DNA of 64,000 bases from Escherichia coli. GTDB lineage: Bacteria > Pseudomonadota > Gammaproteobacteria > Enterobacterales > Enterobacteriaceae. The notes beneath the pieces are model-generated. The model made no database searches. It was not told the origin of the DNA and saw nothing but the letters and a program-made list of their open reading frames with translations. This document shows, piece after piece, positions 39,733-53,383 of this stretch. How positions within the stretch are numbered: position 1 is the first letter of the stretch; each line of letters begins with the position of its first letter. The stretch lies in NCBI RefSeq assembly GCF_003018255.1, contig NZ_CP027440.1; one strand, written 5' to 3'. The position numbers and the translations under genes were made by a program.

Positions 39733-40629
39733 TCACGCCCGCGGGTGATGCTGTTGATGAAGTTGCCGCAGACGCTCGGTAGCGACATGCGTATAAATTT
39801 GCGTGGTGGAGAGATCGCTGTGGCCCAGTAGCATCTGCACCACGCGTAAATCCGCACCATGATTTAATAAGTGAGTGGCAAAAGCGTGACGCAACACATG
39901 CGGTGACAGCTTTTCGCTGTCGATACCCGCCAGCACGGCATAATGTTTAATGCGGTGCCAGAAGGTCTGTCGCGTCATCTGCTGCGCACGCTGGCTGGGA
40001 AACAACACGTCAATTGACACACCATTCAACAGCCACGGACGCCCATGTTCCAGATAGGTTTCCAGCCAGTAAACCGCCTCTTCACCTAACGGCACCAGGC
40101 GCTCTTTGTTGCCTTTACCAATGACCCGCACTACGCCCTGACGCAGGCTGATATCACTCATTGTCAGCCCGACCAGTTCAGAGACACGCAGTCCGGTAGC
40201 ATACAACACTTCAAGCATGGCTTTATCGCGTAGCTCCAGTGGCTGATCAATTAATGGTGCCTGTAATAAACGTTCGACCTGCGCTTCGCTTAAATCTTTT
40301 GGCAAACGCTGGGGCAATTTCGGTGAAGCGAGATGCGCACTGGGATCATCTTCACGAAACTTTTCGCGATAAAGATACTGGAACAATCGGCGCACTGCAC
40401 TCAGCAAACGCGCTGAGCTGGTGGCTTTATACCCGCCCTCCAGCCGTTCTGCCAGTAATGCCTGCAAATCGTCACTTTGCGCCGTCGCCAGCGTCAACCC
40501 GCGGTGATGCAACCACTCCACCATCATTGACAGATCGCGACGGTAAGCGTTCAACGTATTTTCAGCCAGATTTTTTTCCAGCCACAGAGCATCAAGAAAC
40601 TGCTCGATGCGTGCCAGATCCTGTTTCAC
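39733..40629 (-). CDS. xerD: site-specific tyrosine recombinase XerD (chromosome dimer resolution)
   Basis: 298 aa; tyrosine recombinase catalytic region (RHAFATHLL, LGHSDLSTTQIYTHV). Confidence 0.95.
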   Translation of the reverse strand: MKQDLARIEQFLDALWLEKNLAENTLNAYRRDLSMMVEWLHHRGLTLATAQSDDLQALLAERLEGGYKATSSARLLSAVRRLFQYLYREKFREDDPSAHLASPKLPQRLPKDLSEAQVERLLQAPLIDQPLELRDKAMLEVLYATGLRVSELVGLTMSDISLRQGVVRVIGKGNKERLVPLGEEAVYWLETYLEHGRPWLLNGVSIDVLFPSQRAQQMTRQTFWHRIKHYAVLAGIDSEKLSPHVLRHAFATHLLNHGADLRVVQMLLGHSDLSTTQIYTHVATERLRQLHQQHHPRA

Positions 40630-40740
40630 TTGCGCCCCTTATGGTCACTCATTTGATCCATTATGCCTTATTGTGCCGTGACTAAAGCGATTCTGATACA
40701 CTAGCCGCAAAAGCCACAGCAGAATCGAGAAGCTTACGTT

Positions 40741-41262
40741 ATGAATATGGGTCTTTTTTACGGTTCCAGCACCTGTTACACCGAAATGGCGGCAGAAAAA
40801 ATCCGCGATATTATCGGCCCAGAACTGGTGACCTTACATAACCTCAAGGACGACTCCCCGAAATTAATGGAGCAGTACGATGTGCTCATTCTGGGTATCC
40901 CGACCTGGGATTTTGGCGAAATCCAGGAAGACTGGGAAGCCGTCTGGGATCAGCTCGACGACCTGAACCTCGAAGGTAAAATTGTTGCGCTGTATGGGCT
41001 TGGCGATCAACTGGGATACGGCGAGTGGTTCCTCGATGCGCTCGGTATGCTGCATGACAAGCTCTCGACCAAAGGCGTGAAGTTCGTCGGCTACTGGCCA
41101 ACGGAAGGATATGAGTTTACCAGCCCGAAACCGGTGATTGCTGACGGGCAACTGTTCGTGGGTCTGGCGCTGGACGAAACTAACCAATATGACCTTAGCG
41201 ACGAGCGTATTCAGAACTGGTGCGAGCAAATCCTCAACGAAATGGCAGAGCATTACGCCTGA
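40741..41262 (+). CDS. fldB: flavodoxin 2
   Basis: 173 aa; FMN-binding N-terminus [11 protein letters not shown]. Confidence 0.9.
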   Translation: MNMGLFYGSSTCYTEMAAEKIRDIIGPELVTLHNLKDDSPKLMEQYDVLILGIPTWDFGEIQEDWEAVWDQLDDLNLEGKIVALYGLGDQLGYGEWFLDALGMLHDKLSTKGVKFVGYWPTEGYEFTSPKPVIADGQLFVGLALDETNQYDLSDERIQNWCEQILNEMAEHYA

Positions 41263-41301
41263 TGTCACTGACGGCTTAGCGCATATGCTTTGCCGTCATC
41301 T

Positions 41302-41968
<667 letters not shown>

Positions 41969-42198
41969 TCACGAAAATCCAGTACCTGGCTATTGTAACG
42001 TGTTTTTCGACTTCTTTTGCGGGAATATCAGTAAACACAATCGCGATCGCGAAATTAATTCACAACAATTCAAGGGCTTCATTTTTTTGGAAGTCGCCTC
42101 GCAGAAGGCACAGATCGCGTAGTGAAAGCACTTGCATTGCCTCATAGCTCTTTTACCATTAGTCATTAATACGCCGTTAAGCAACTCAGGACTCTATT

Positions 42199-43179
42199 AT
42201 GGCTTTTACACCTTTTCCTCCCCGTCAGCCTACGGCGTCTGCCCGTTTACCGCTGACGCTGATAACGCTTGATGACTGGGCGCTTGCCACCATTACTGGC
42301 GCGGACAGCGAAAAATATATGCAGGGTCAGGTGACAGCAGATGTCAGCCAGATGACAGAAAATCAGCATCTGCTCGCCGCCCATTGCGACGCCAAAGGTA
42401 AAATGTGGAGCAATTTACGTCTGTTCCGCGACGGCGATGGCTTTGCATGGATTGAACGGCGCAGTGTGCGTGAACCGCAGCTGACTGAACTGAAAAAATA
42501 TGCGGTGTTCTCTAAAGTGACCATCGCGCCGGACGATGAGCGTGTGCTGCTTGGTGTTGCCGGTTTTCAGGCGCGCGCCGCGCTGGCAAATATCTTTAGT
42601 GAACTGCCTTCGAAAGAAAAACAGGTAGTTAAAGAAGGCGCGACCACTTTGCTATGGTTTGAACACCCTGCAGAACGTTTCCTGATCGTAACCGATGAAG
42701 CCACTGCCAATATGCTGACCGATAAACTGCGCGGTGAAGCGGAACTGAACAATAGCCAACAGTGGCTGGCATTAAACATTGAAGCGGGTTTCCCGGTGAT
42801 TGATGCCGCCAACAGCGGGCAGTTTATCCCACAGGCGACCAACCTCCAGGCGCTGGGCGGCATTAGCTTTAAAAAAGGCTGCTATACCGGACAAGAGATG
42901 GTGGCGCGAGCAAAATTCCGTGGTGCCAACAAACGCGCGCTCTGGTTGCTGAAGGGTAGCGCCAGCCGACTGCCGGAAGCGGGTGAAGACTTAGAGCTGA
43001 AAATGGGCGAGAACTGGCGTCGTACCGGTACGGTGCTGGCTGCGGTCAAACTGGAAGATGGTCAGGTTGTGGTGCAGGTTGTCATGAATAACGATATGGA
43101 ACCGGACAGCATCTTCCGCGTGCGTGACGATGCGAATACATTGCGTATCGAGCCACTGCCATATTCGCTGGAAGAGTAA
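42199..43179 (+). CDS. ygfZ: folate-binding protein YgfZ (Fe-S cluster repair / tRNA modification associated)
   Basis: 326 aa; conserved KGCYTGQE motif. Confidence 0.9.
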   Translation: MAFTPFPPRQPTASARLPLTLITLDDWALATITGADSEKYMQGQVTADVSQMTENQHLLAAHCDAKGKMWSNLRLFRDGDGFAWIERRSVREPQLTELKKYAVFSKVTIAPDDERVLLGVAGFQARAALANIFSELPSKEKQVVKEGATTLLWFEHPAERFLIVTDEATANMLTDKLRGEAELNNSQQWLALNIEAGFPVIDAANSGQFIPQATNLQALGGISFKKGCYTGQEMVARAKFRGANKRALWLLKGSASRLPEAGEDLELKMGENWRRTGTVLAAVKLEDGQVVVQVVMNNDMEPDSIFRVRDDANTLRIEPLPYSLEE

Positions 43180-43186
43180 ATCTCTG

Positions 43187-43243
43187 TATCGCATCAGGCA
43201 TTTATCGCCTGATGCGACACTGGTGTGTCTTTTCAGGCCTACA
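43187..43243. repeat. REP/BIME-type extragenic palindromic element
   Basis: GCCTGATGCGACactggtgtgtcTTTTCAGGCCTAC preceded by the inverted partial copy TCGCATCAGGC. Confidence 0.65.
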
Positions 43244-43255
43244 ACGACGCACCAA

Positions 43256-43918
<663 letters not shown>

Positions 43919-44078
43919 TTACTCCGGAAAAACGTACACGCACATGTATACCTCTCCAGCGTAACTGAGAATAGTTCCAGTGAACACCTGTTAGCTAAAA
44001 TAAATTCTGATTTGAGATTAATCTCCGAAAAATCATGAAATTAAATGCGAAATTTCAACTAACAGGCGTGAGTTCAAT

Positions 44079-44390
44079 TTAAAGGCATTTAAATTCAATC
44101 ACATAAAACTGTGTCTGGTCGGGATAGATGTCGGCAATGACCTTTTTCAGTTCAGTCAGGGTCATATTTTCCTGCTTTGCATGTTTTTCCGTCAGCGTAT
44201 CCAGCGTTACGGTTGAGGTTGCGGTGACTTCAATCGTGCAAAAATAACTGTCATCTTCAAACCGTCCGACACGAAGCACATCACCCGTTTTGAAGTGCGA
44301 TTCAGACTCGTCGCGGATGGTGATGGTTTTACGCCCAGCCAGAATGTCATCCTGGAAACGTTGAAAAAAAGTGATGTCGTTTGGCTGCAT
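44079..44390 (-). CDS. yqfB: ASCH-domain protein
   Basis: 103 aa. Confidence 0.85.
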   Translation of the reverse strand: MQPNDITFFQRFQDDILAGRKTITIRDESESHFKTGDVLRVGRFEDDSYFCTIEVTATSTVTLDTLTEKHAKQENMTLTELKKVIADIYPDQTQFYVIEFKCL

Positions 44391-44407
44391 GGTACTATTT
44401 CCTGTAA

Positions 44408-45868
<1,461 letters not shown>

Positions 45869-45877
45869 TTAGCCGAT

Positions 45878-45912
45878 GTGCCTGATGTGCTCCGCTCATC
45901 AGGCCTGGCACT
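45878..45912. repeat. REP-like palindromic element downstream of bglA
   Basis: TGCCTGATGtgctccgctCATCAGGCCTGGCA. Confidence 0.5.
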
Positions 45913-46032
45913 CTTTTAATATATTGAGCTCGCAATATTTTATATTACGCCTCAGTCGAAACACACAAAGCGCACTTTATTAACAAGCTAAAAGGCGCCG
46001 AAGCGCCTTTAGAAAATAGTCGAATCAGTGAA

Positions 46033-48906
46033 TTACTGGTATTCGCTAATCGGTACGCAGGAGCAGAACAGGTTACGGTCGCCGTAAACATCATCCAGAC
46101 GTTTCACTGTCGGCCAGTATTTGTCTGCCACGCCTGCCGGGAATACCGCAACTTCACGGCTGTACGGATGCGCCCACTCGGCGACCAGTTCGCTCTGAAT
46201 GTGCGGCGCGTTCACCAGCGGGTTATCTTCCAGCGGCCAGACACCGGCTTTCACCTGGTTAATTTCTGCGCGGATAGCCAGCATCGCGTCGATAAAGCGA
46301 TCCAGTTCCACTTTGCTTTCGGATTCGGTCGGTTCAACCATCAGCGTACCCGCCACCGGGAATGACATGGTCGGCGCGTGGAAACCGTAGTCGATCAGAC
46401 GCTTGGCAATATCCAGTTCGCTGATGCCGGTTTCTTCTTTCAGCGGACGAATATCAAGAATACATTCGTGCGCCACGCGACCGTCGCGACCGGTATACAG
46501 CACCGGGAAAGCATCCTGCAGGCGGCTGGCAATATAGTTGGCGTTAAGAATTGCCACCTGGCTTGCTTTTTTCAGCCCTTCTGCGCCCATCATGCGGATG
46601 TACATCCAGCTGATTGGCAGGATAGAGGCACTACCGAACGGTGCCGCAGAAACCGCGCCCTGACGGGTTAACATGCCTTCGATTTGCACCACGCTATGAC
46701 CCGGTACAAACGGTGCCAAATGCGCTTTCACACCGATCGGTCCCATACCTGGGCCGCCGCCACCGTGCGGAATGCAGAAAGTTTTATGCAGGTTAAGGTG
46801 CGAGACGTCCGCGCCAATAAAGCCCGGTGAGGTGATGCCGACCTGGGCGTTCATGTTCGCGCCATCAAGGTAAACCTGACCGCCGAACTGATGCACGACT
46901 TCACACACTTCACGGATCGTTTCTTCGTACACGCCGTGGGTGGAAGGATAAGTCACCATGATGCAGGAGAGATTATCGCCCGCCTGTTCCGCTTTCGCGC
47001 GCAGGTCAGTCAGATCGATGTTGCCATTTTTATCACATGCCACAACCACCACCTGCATTCCTGCCATATGTGCAGAAGCGGGGTTAGTTCCGTGCGCAGA
47101 AGCCGGGATCAGGCAGATATCGCGATGCCCTTCGTTGCGGCTTTCATGATAATGACGAATCGCCAGCAGGCCCGCATATTCGCCCTGTGCACCAGAGTTC
47201 GGCTGCATACAAACGGCGTCGTAACCGGTCAGTTTCACCAGCCAGTCAGCCAACTGCGCAATCATCTGCTGATAACCTTCTGCCTGTTCCGGCGGGCAGA
47301 ACGGGTGCAGTTCGGCAAATTCCGGCCAGGTGATGGGGATCATCTCGGCGGCGGCGTTCAGTTTCATGGTGCAGGAACCCAGCGGGATCATCGCCTGATT
47401 CAGCGCCAGATCTTTACGCTCCAGCGAGTGCATATAGCGCATCATTTCGGTTTCGCTGTGGTAGCGATTAAACACCGGATGGGTGAGGATTTCGTCGTCG
47501 CGCAACATTGCAGGCTGAATAGAGCGGCTATCGTGAGCCACGTCTTTGTCCAGCGTGTCGATGTCCAGTCCGTGGTTATCGCCCAGCAGTACGCTGAAAA
47601 GCTGCATCACGTTTTCACGCGTGGTGGTTTCATCAAGGGTGATCCCAACCGCGTTCAGAATATCGCTACGCAGGTTGATTTCAGCCGCTTCGGCACGCGC
47701 CAGTACGCCCGCTTTGTCGGCCACTTCCACACACAAAGTGTCGAAATAGTGCGCATGACGCAGTTTCAGACCTTTTTGTTGCAGGCCCGCCGCCAGGATA
47801 TCGGTCAGACGGTGGATGCGGTTAGCGATACGTTTCAGGCCCACCGGGCCGTGATAAACGGCATACAGGCTGGCGATGTTTGCCAGCAGTACCTGGGAAG
47901 TACAAATGTTGGAGTTCGCTTTCTCACGGCGAATATGTTGCTCGCGAGTCTGCATCGCCATGCGCAGAGCGGTATTGCCAGCTGCATCTTTCGATACACC
48001 GATAATACGGCCCGGCATTGAGCGTTTGTATTCATCTTTCGCCGCAAAGAATGCTGCGTGTGGGCCACCGTAGCCCATCGGCACACCGAAGCGTTGCGCC
48101 GAACCAAAGACAATATCCGCGCCCTGTTTACCAGGCGCAGTTAACAGCACCAGCGCCATAATATCGGCGGCGACACTGACCACAATTTTGCGTGATTTCA
48201 GTTCGCTGATGAGCGCAGTGTAGTCGTGGATTTCACCGGTTGTGCCAACCTGCTGTAACAGCACGCCGAAGACGTCCTGATGGTCGAGCACTTTTTGCGC
48301 GTCATCGACAATCACTTCAAAACCAAAGGTTTCGGCACGAGTACGTACCACATCCAACGTTTGCGGATGGACGTCAGAAGCAACAAAGAAGCGGTTGGCA
48401 TTTTTCAGTTTGCTGACGCGTTTAGCCATCGCCATTGCTTCGGCGGCAGCGGTGGCCTCGTCCAGAAGAGAAGCAGAGGCCATATCCAGTCCAGTCAAAT
48501 CCAGCGTTACCTGCTGGAAGTTGAGCAGTGCTTCAAGGCGGCCCTGGGAGACTTCAGGTTGATACGGAGTATACGCGGTATACCAGCCCGGATTTTCCAG
48601 CATGTTACGCAGAATAACCGGCGGTAGCTGCACGGCGGTGTAACCCATGCCGATGTAAGACGTGAAGCGTTTATTGCGACTGGCAATAGCCTTGAGTTCC
48701 GCCAGCGCGGCGTATTCGGTCGCCGGTGCGCCAACCTGCGGCGGGGTCGCAAGCTGAATATCTTTCGGCACAATCTGGCCGGTCAGCGCGTTTAACGATT
48801 GTGCGCCAACGGCATTCAGCATTTCTTGCTGTTGCGCGGCGTCCGGTCCGATATGGCGTTCAATAAAAGCGCCGCTGTTTTCAAGCTGGCTTAACGTCTG
48901 TGTCAT
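46033..48906 (-). CDS. gcvP: glycine dehydrogenase (decarboxylating), glycine cleavage P protein
   Basis: Track ORF extends to 48990; start trimmed to MTQTLSQLE (957 aa). Confidence 0.9.
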   Translation of the reverse strand: MTQTLSQLENSGAFIERHIGPDAAQQQEMLNAVGAQSLNALTGQIVPKDIQLATPPQVGAPATEYAALAELKAIASRNKRFTSYIGMGYTAVQLPPVILRNMLENPGWYTAYTPYQPEVSQGRLEALLNFQQVTLDLTGLDMASASLLDEATAAAEAMAMAKRVSKLKNANRFFVASDVHPQTLDVVRTRAETFGFEVIVDDAQKVLDHQDVFGVLLQQVGTTGEIHDYTALISELKSRKIVVSVAADIMALVLLTAPGKQGADIVFGSAQRFGVPMGYGGPHAAFFAAKDEYKRSMPGRIIGVSKDAAGNTALRMAMQTREQHIRREKANSNICTSQVLLANIASLYAVYHGPVGLKRIANRIHRLTDILAAGLQQKGLKLRHAHYFDTLCVEVADKAGVLARAEAAEINLRSDILNAVGITLDETTTRENVMQLFSVLLGDNHGLDIDTLDKDVAHDSRSIQPAMLRDDEILTHPVFNRYHSETEMMRYMHSLERKDLALNQAMIPLGSCTMKLNAAAEMIPITWPEFAELHPFCPPEQAEGYQQMIAQLADWLVKLTGYDAVCMQPNSGAQGEYAGLLAIRHYHESRNEGHRDICLIPASAHGTNPASAHMAGMQVVVVACDKNGNIDLTDLRAKAEQAGDNLSCIMVTYPSTHGVYEETIREVCEVVHQFGGQVYLDGANMNAQVGITSPGFIGADVSHLNLHKTFCIPHGGGGPGMGPIGVKAHLAPFVPGHSVVQIEGMLTRQGAVSAAPFGSASILPISWMYIRMMGAEGLKKASQVAILNANYIASRLQDAFPVLYTGRDGRVAHECILDIRPLKEETGISELDIAKRLIDYGFHAPTMSFPVAGTLMVEPTESESKVELDRFIDAMLAIRAEINQVKAGVWPLEDNPLVNAPHIQSELVAEWAHPYSREVAVFPAGVADKYWPTVKRLDDVYGDRNLFCSCVPISEYQ

Positions 48907-49024
48907 GAGCGATGGTTCCTGAAACGTGCAGTGAATTGTGAACCTCTCTCCTTGCGAAGAGAGTGAGGGTGAGGCGTAAAAGTTCCTCACCCTGATCCTC
49001 TCCCGCAGAAGAGGAATAAAGCCG

Positions 49025-49414
49025 TTACTCGTCTTCTAACAATGCTTCGTATGCGATCGCATCCAGCAGTGATTCCAGTTCGCTTTCATCGCTGGCTTTG
49101 ATTTTAAAGATCCAGCCACCTGCATACGGTTCGCTGTTCACCAGTTCCGGGGAATCGCTCAGTGCGTCGTTTACCGCCACGATTTCACCGCTTACTGGCG
49201 CATAAATGTCTGACGCCGCTTTTACTGACTCAGCAACCGCGCAGTCATCGCCCGCGCTAACCGTTGCGCCTACTTCCGGCAGGTCAACAAACACCATATC
49301 GCCTAACAGCTCCTGAGCGTGTTCGGTGATGCCAACGGTGTAAGTGCCGTCGGCTTCTTTACGCAGCCATTCGTGTTCTTTGCTGTATTTCAGTTCTGCT
49401 GGTACGTTGCTCAT
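49025..49414 (-). CDS. gcvH: glycine cleavage system H protein (lipoyl carrier)
   Basis: 129 aa from [10 protein letters not shown]; lipoyl-lysine region ESVKAASD. Confidence 0.95.
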   Translation of the reverse strand: MSNVPAELKYSKEHEWLRKEADGTYTVGITEHAQELLGDMVFVDLPEVGATVSAGDDCAVAESVKAASDIYAPVSGEIVAVNDALSDSPELVNSEPYAGGWIFKIKASDESELESLLDAIAYEALLEDE

Positions 49415-49437
49415 CAATCAATCTCCAAAAAAGTAAA

Positions 49438-50532
49438 TCACGCGACGGCTTTGCCGTTACGCACAAAAACAGGTTTCGTCACTTTAACCGGCATTTCACG
49501 GTTGCGAATTTGCACAATCGCTGTTTCACCAATACCTTCCGGCACGCGCGCCAGCGCAATGCTGTAACCCAGCGTCGGGGAGAAAGTCCCGCTGGTGATA
49601 ATGCCTTCATGCTGGTTGCCCTGCGCATCAGTAAAACGTACCGGCAGTTCATTACGCAGCACGCCTTTTTCGGTCATCACCAGACCAACCAGTTTTTCTG
49701 TGCCATGCTCACGCTGCACTTCCAGGGCTTCACGACCGATGAAGTCACGATCTGCCGGTTCCCAGGCGATAGTCCAGCCCATATTGGCGGCTAAAGGAGA
49801 GATGGTTTCGTCCATCTCCTGACTATAAAGATTCATACCCGCTTCCAGACGCAGCGTGTCACGCGCGCCCAGGCCGCATGGCTTAACGCCCGCTTCCACC
49901 AGCGCGCGCCAGAAATCCGCCGCTTTTTCATTGGGCAGCGCAATTTCATAGCCCGCTTCACCGGTATAACCAGTGGTGGCAATAAACAGATCGCCCGCCT
50001 GCACGCCAAAGAACGGTTTCATCCCTTCCACCGCCTGACGCTGAGCGTCATTAAACAGTGTGGCAGCTTTTGCCTGCGCATTCGGCCCTTGCACGGCAAT
50101 CATGGAAAGGTCATCACGAACGGTAATTTCGATGCCGAAAGGTTCAGCGTGTTGGGTAATCCAGGAGAGGTCTTTTTCGCGGGTGGCGGAGTTTACAACG
50201 AGGCGGAAGAAATCTTCAGTAAAGTAGTAGACGATGAGGTCATCTATCACACCGCCAGAGGCATTCAACATCCCCGAGTAAAGGGCTTTGCCGCTTTTGG
50301 TGAGCTTCGCCACATCGTTCGCCAGCAGATAACGCAGAAACTCCCGGGTGCGGCTGCCGCGAAGATCGACGATGGTCATATGTGACACATCAAACATTCC
50401 GGCATCGGTACGTACCGCATGATGTTCGTCGATTTGCGAACCGTAATGCAGCGGCATCATCCAGCCGTGGAAATCTACCATGCGAGCGCCGCAAAGCGTG
50501 TGTTGTTCGTACAAAGGAGTCTGTTGTGCCAT
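49438..50532 (-). CDS. gcvT: aminomethyltransferase, glycine cleavage T protein
   Basis: 364 aa. Confidence 0.95.
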
Positions 50533-50870
50533 CTTGTCCTCATTGAATAAGCGGGGCTGACAACTTTTTCATGGTGAAATTATCACCACGAAACCCAGCA
50601 TCGGAGCCACTCCCGGTCCCCAACGCAATCGTTCTCTTTTGCCTGAACTTACCACCGAAACAGACTGTTAACCATAAGGTAAAATTGATCATCACATTAG
50701 CTTATGGTTAAAAAGCGCCAAAATCGCAACAGAATAAAAAACCAAAAAATGAACAAATCTCTATATAAAGATAAATAGATGAGAAAGTTAATTTGAATAA
50801 GACAACATTAAGAACTAAAAAAATGTCAAAAAACACTAAATAAAAAATTCGTAACATTAGAAAATATAAT
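50533..50870 (-). promoter_or_regulatory. gcvTHP promoter / upstream regulatory region (AT-rich)
   Basis: Strongly AT-rich tract with A-runs upstream of gcvT; known to carry GcvA, Lrp, PurR and CRP sites (individual sites not mapped here). Confidence 0.6.
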
Positions 50871-50902
50871 GCGAAATCGCAGGTGAAATTAGTTTATTTC
50901 AA

Positions 50903-50936
50903 ATGAGGAAAATCTCCCGGCGAAAAAACCGGGAGA
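50903..50936 (-). terminator. intrinsic terminator of the ubiH-ubiI transcript
   Basis: TCTCCCGG-cgaaaaaa-CCGGGAGA hairpin; minus strand follows with TTTTCCTCATTT. Confidence 0.6.
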
Positions 50937-50979
50937 TGAAAGTGTGATGGGTATCAAATAAACAGCAGAAGAGAAATTT

Positions 50980-52182
50980 TTAACGCAGCCATTCAGGCAA
51001 ATCGTTTAATCCCATTGCCTGGCGGATAAGTTGCGGCTTAACGCCTGGAAGCGTGTCGGCCAGTTTCAGACCAATATCACGCAGCAGTTTTTTCGCCGGA
51101 TTGGTACCGGAAAACAGATCGCGGAATCCCTGCATACCAGCCAGCATCAGCGCCGCACTGTGCTTACGGCTACGCTCATAGCGGCGTAGGTAAATGTACT
51201 GCCCGATGTCTTTCCCCTGACGATGCAACCGTTTCAGTTCAGCAATCAGCTCTGCAGCATCCATAAAGCCGAGATTTACCCCCTGCCCCGCGAGCGGGTG
51301 AATGGTATGCGCGGCGTCGCCCACCAGCGCCAGACGGTGCGCGGCAAACTGGCGCGCATAACGCCCCGTCAGTGGGAACACCTGACGTGCGCTCTCAACC
51401 TTGCATAAGCCCAGGCGATTATCAAAAGCGATATTTAACGCGCGATTAAATTCGTCTTCACTTGCCTGCTGCATCCGCTGCGCTTCCTCTGGCGACAGTG
51501 ACCAGACAATCGAGCAAAGATGCGGATCGCTAAGCGGTAAAAAGGCCAGAATGCCTTCGCCATGGAAAACCTGCCGCGCCACCGCATCATGCGGTTCTTC
51601 CGTGCGAATGGTCGCTACCAGCGCGTGATGCTGATAATCCCAGAAAGTCAGCGGAATATCGGCTTTGTTGCGCAACCAGGAATTAGCACCGTCCGCGCCA
51701 ATCACCAGACGCGCCGTTAACATGCTGCCATCTTTCAGCGTCAGGAAGGTTTCATTTTCTCCCCAGGCGACCTGCTGTAATTCTGCGGGGGCCAACAGAG
51801 TGATATCTGACGACTGCTGCGCTTTGTTCCACAGCGCGTAGTGAATCACTGAGTTTTCAACGATATGCCCAAGATGGCTATAGCCCATGCTTTGATCGTC
51901 AAACGAAATGTGACCAAAACTGTCTTTGTCCCACACTTCCATACCGTGATAACAACTGGCCCTACGAGAGAGAATGTCCTGCCAGACGCCAAGACGGGTG
52001 AGTAATTTTTCGCTGGCGGCATTGATAGCCGAAACGCGCAGTTGTGGTGGTGCATCCGCCGCCAGAGGTTCCGGTACGCGCTGCTCCAGTACGGCAACGC
52101 GTAAGCCGCTACCCTGCAAGCCGCAGGCAACCGCCAGCCCCACCATGCCGCCGCCAACAATGGCTACATCAACACTTTGCAT
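50980..52182 (-). CDS. ubiI: FAD-dependent monooxygenase (2-octaprenylphenol hydroxylase)
   Basis: 400 aa; VAIVGGGMVGLA FAD-binding fingerprint. Confidence 0.9.
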   Translation of the reverse strand: MQSVDVAIVGGGMVGLAVACGLQGSGLRVAVLEQRVPEPLAADAPPQLRVSAINAASEKLLTRLGVWQDILSRRASCYHGMEVWDKDSFGHISFDDQSMGYSHLGHIVENSVIHYALWNKAQQSSDITLLAPAELQQVAWGENETFLTLKDGSMLTARLVIGADGANSWLRNKADIPLTFWDYQHHALVATIRTEEPHDAVARQVFHGEGILAFLPLSDPHLCSIVWSLSPEEAQRMQQASEDEFNRALNIAFDNRLGLCKVESARQVFPLTGRYARQFAAHRLALVGDAAHTIHPLAGQGVNLGFMDAAELIAELKRLHRQGKDIGQYIYLRRYERSRKHSAALMLAGMQGFRDLFSGTNPAKKLLRDIGLKLADTLPGVKPQLIRQAMGLNDLPEWLR

Positions 52183-52204
52183 TGTTTATTCCTTAAAACC
52201 GCCT

Positions 52205-53383
52205 TCAACGCGCCACCCACCCGAGGGTGCGCTGCGCCAGCACATCGCGTGCTGGGGTGAATAATTCCATTGCCATCAGCCCGATGTTGCGCCCGACAAC
52301 CAGCGGCCCCCAACGGTTGGCAAAAAGATGTACAAGGCTGTCCGTGACGCCGATGGTTGCTTCGCGATCGCGCTGTCGACGCTGCTGATAACGGCACAAT
52401 ACGCCGTAATCACCCATGTCTTCTCCGCGCTCCTGCGCCTGAGTCAGGGTTTCCGCAAGGCTCATGACATCTCGCATACCGAGGTTGAACCCTTGCCCGG
52501 CAATCGGGTGCAGAGTTTGCGCCGCATTGCCCACCAGCACGGTACGATGGGTAATAGGTCTGGCGGCGCGGGTTAACGCCAGCGGATAAGCACTGCGTTT
52601 ACCAGCGTGGGTAATTTTCCCAAGTCGCCAACCAAAGGCCGACTGGAGTTCACGGCAAAACTTCTCGTCGCTCCAAGACAGTACCTCTTCGCGCCGTTCC
52701 AGTGGATGACACCAGACCAGCGAACAGCGTCCGTCAGACATCGGCAACATCGCCAGCGGGCCATATTGTGTAAAGCGTTCAAAAGCGCGCCCTTCATGCG
52801 CAACGGAAGTCGCAACGTTGGCAATCACAGCCAGTTGTTCGTAAGGCTCCTGCTGCCAGTCAACGCCGCACACGGTGGCTAACGCTGAATGGGTGCCATC
52901 AGCGGCTACCAGCACGCAGCCCGTCAGCGTCTCGCCACTCTCCAGCGTCACTTCAACGTGACTCTGAGTACGGGCAACGTTAGCCACGCGATCAGGACAA
53001 TGCAGCGTTACGCCAGGTGCTTTGCGCAGCAATGCAAACAGCCGTTGCCCGACATTATGCAATTCGACAACCTGCCCCAGCGCCGCCAGTTGGTAATCTT
53101 CTGCGGCGAGGGTGACGAATCCGGCATGACCACGATCGCTGACATGCACGGTAGTGATGGCGGTTGCGCAATCCGCCAGAGATTGCCAGACGCCGATGCG
53201 CGCCAGTTGCTGACAGGTACCCGCCGCCAGCGCTATCGCTCGTCCATCAAAGCCCGGATGAGCATGTGACTCTGGCGCAGTCGCTTCAATCAAATGTACC
53301 GGCAGCGCCCCGTGACTTAACCGGGAAATAGCCAGCGCCAGCGTCGCGCCCGCCATGCCGCCACCGACGATGATTACGCTCAT
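52205..53383 (-). CDS. ubiH: 2-octaprenyl-6-methoxyphenol hydroxylase (FAD-dependent)
   Basis: 392 aa; VIIVGGGMAGATLA. Confidence 0.9.
   Translation of the reverse strand: MSVIIVGGGMAGATLALAISRLSHGALPVHLIEATAPESHAHPGFDGRAIALAAGTCQQLARIGVWQSLADCATAITTVHVSDRGHAGFVTLAAEDYQLAALGQVVELHNVGQRLFALLRKAPGVTLHCPDRVANVARTQSHVEVTLESGETLTGCVLVAADGTHSALATVCGVDWQQEPYEQLAVIANVATSVAHEGRAFERFTQYGPLAMLPMSDGRCSLVWCHPLERREEVLSWSDEKFCRELQSAFGWRLGKITHAGKRSAYPLALTRAARPITHRTVLVGNAAQTLHPIAGQGFNLGMRDVMSLAETLTQAQERGEDMGDYGVLCRYQQRRQRDREATIGVTDSLVHLFANRWGPLVVGRNIGLMAMELFTPARDVLAQRTLGWVAR

Noticed and set aside
39733-40629. Tyrosine recombinase as a sign of a mobile element or prophage
   Set aside because: Sequence and context (xerD-dsbC-recJ operon) identify the chromosomal dimer-resolution recombinase XerD; no flanking phage or IS genes or att-like repeats.
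46891-48021. 376-aa plus-strand ORF
   Set aside because: Antisense to gcvP; His/Arg-rich, no family features.
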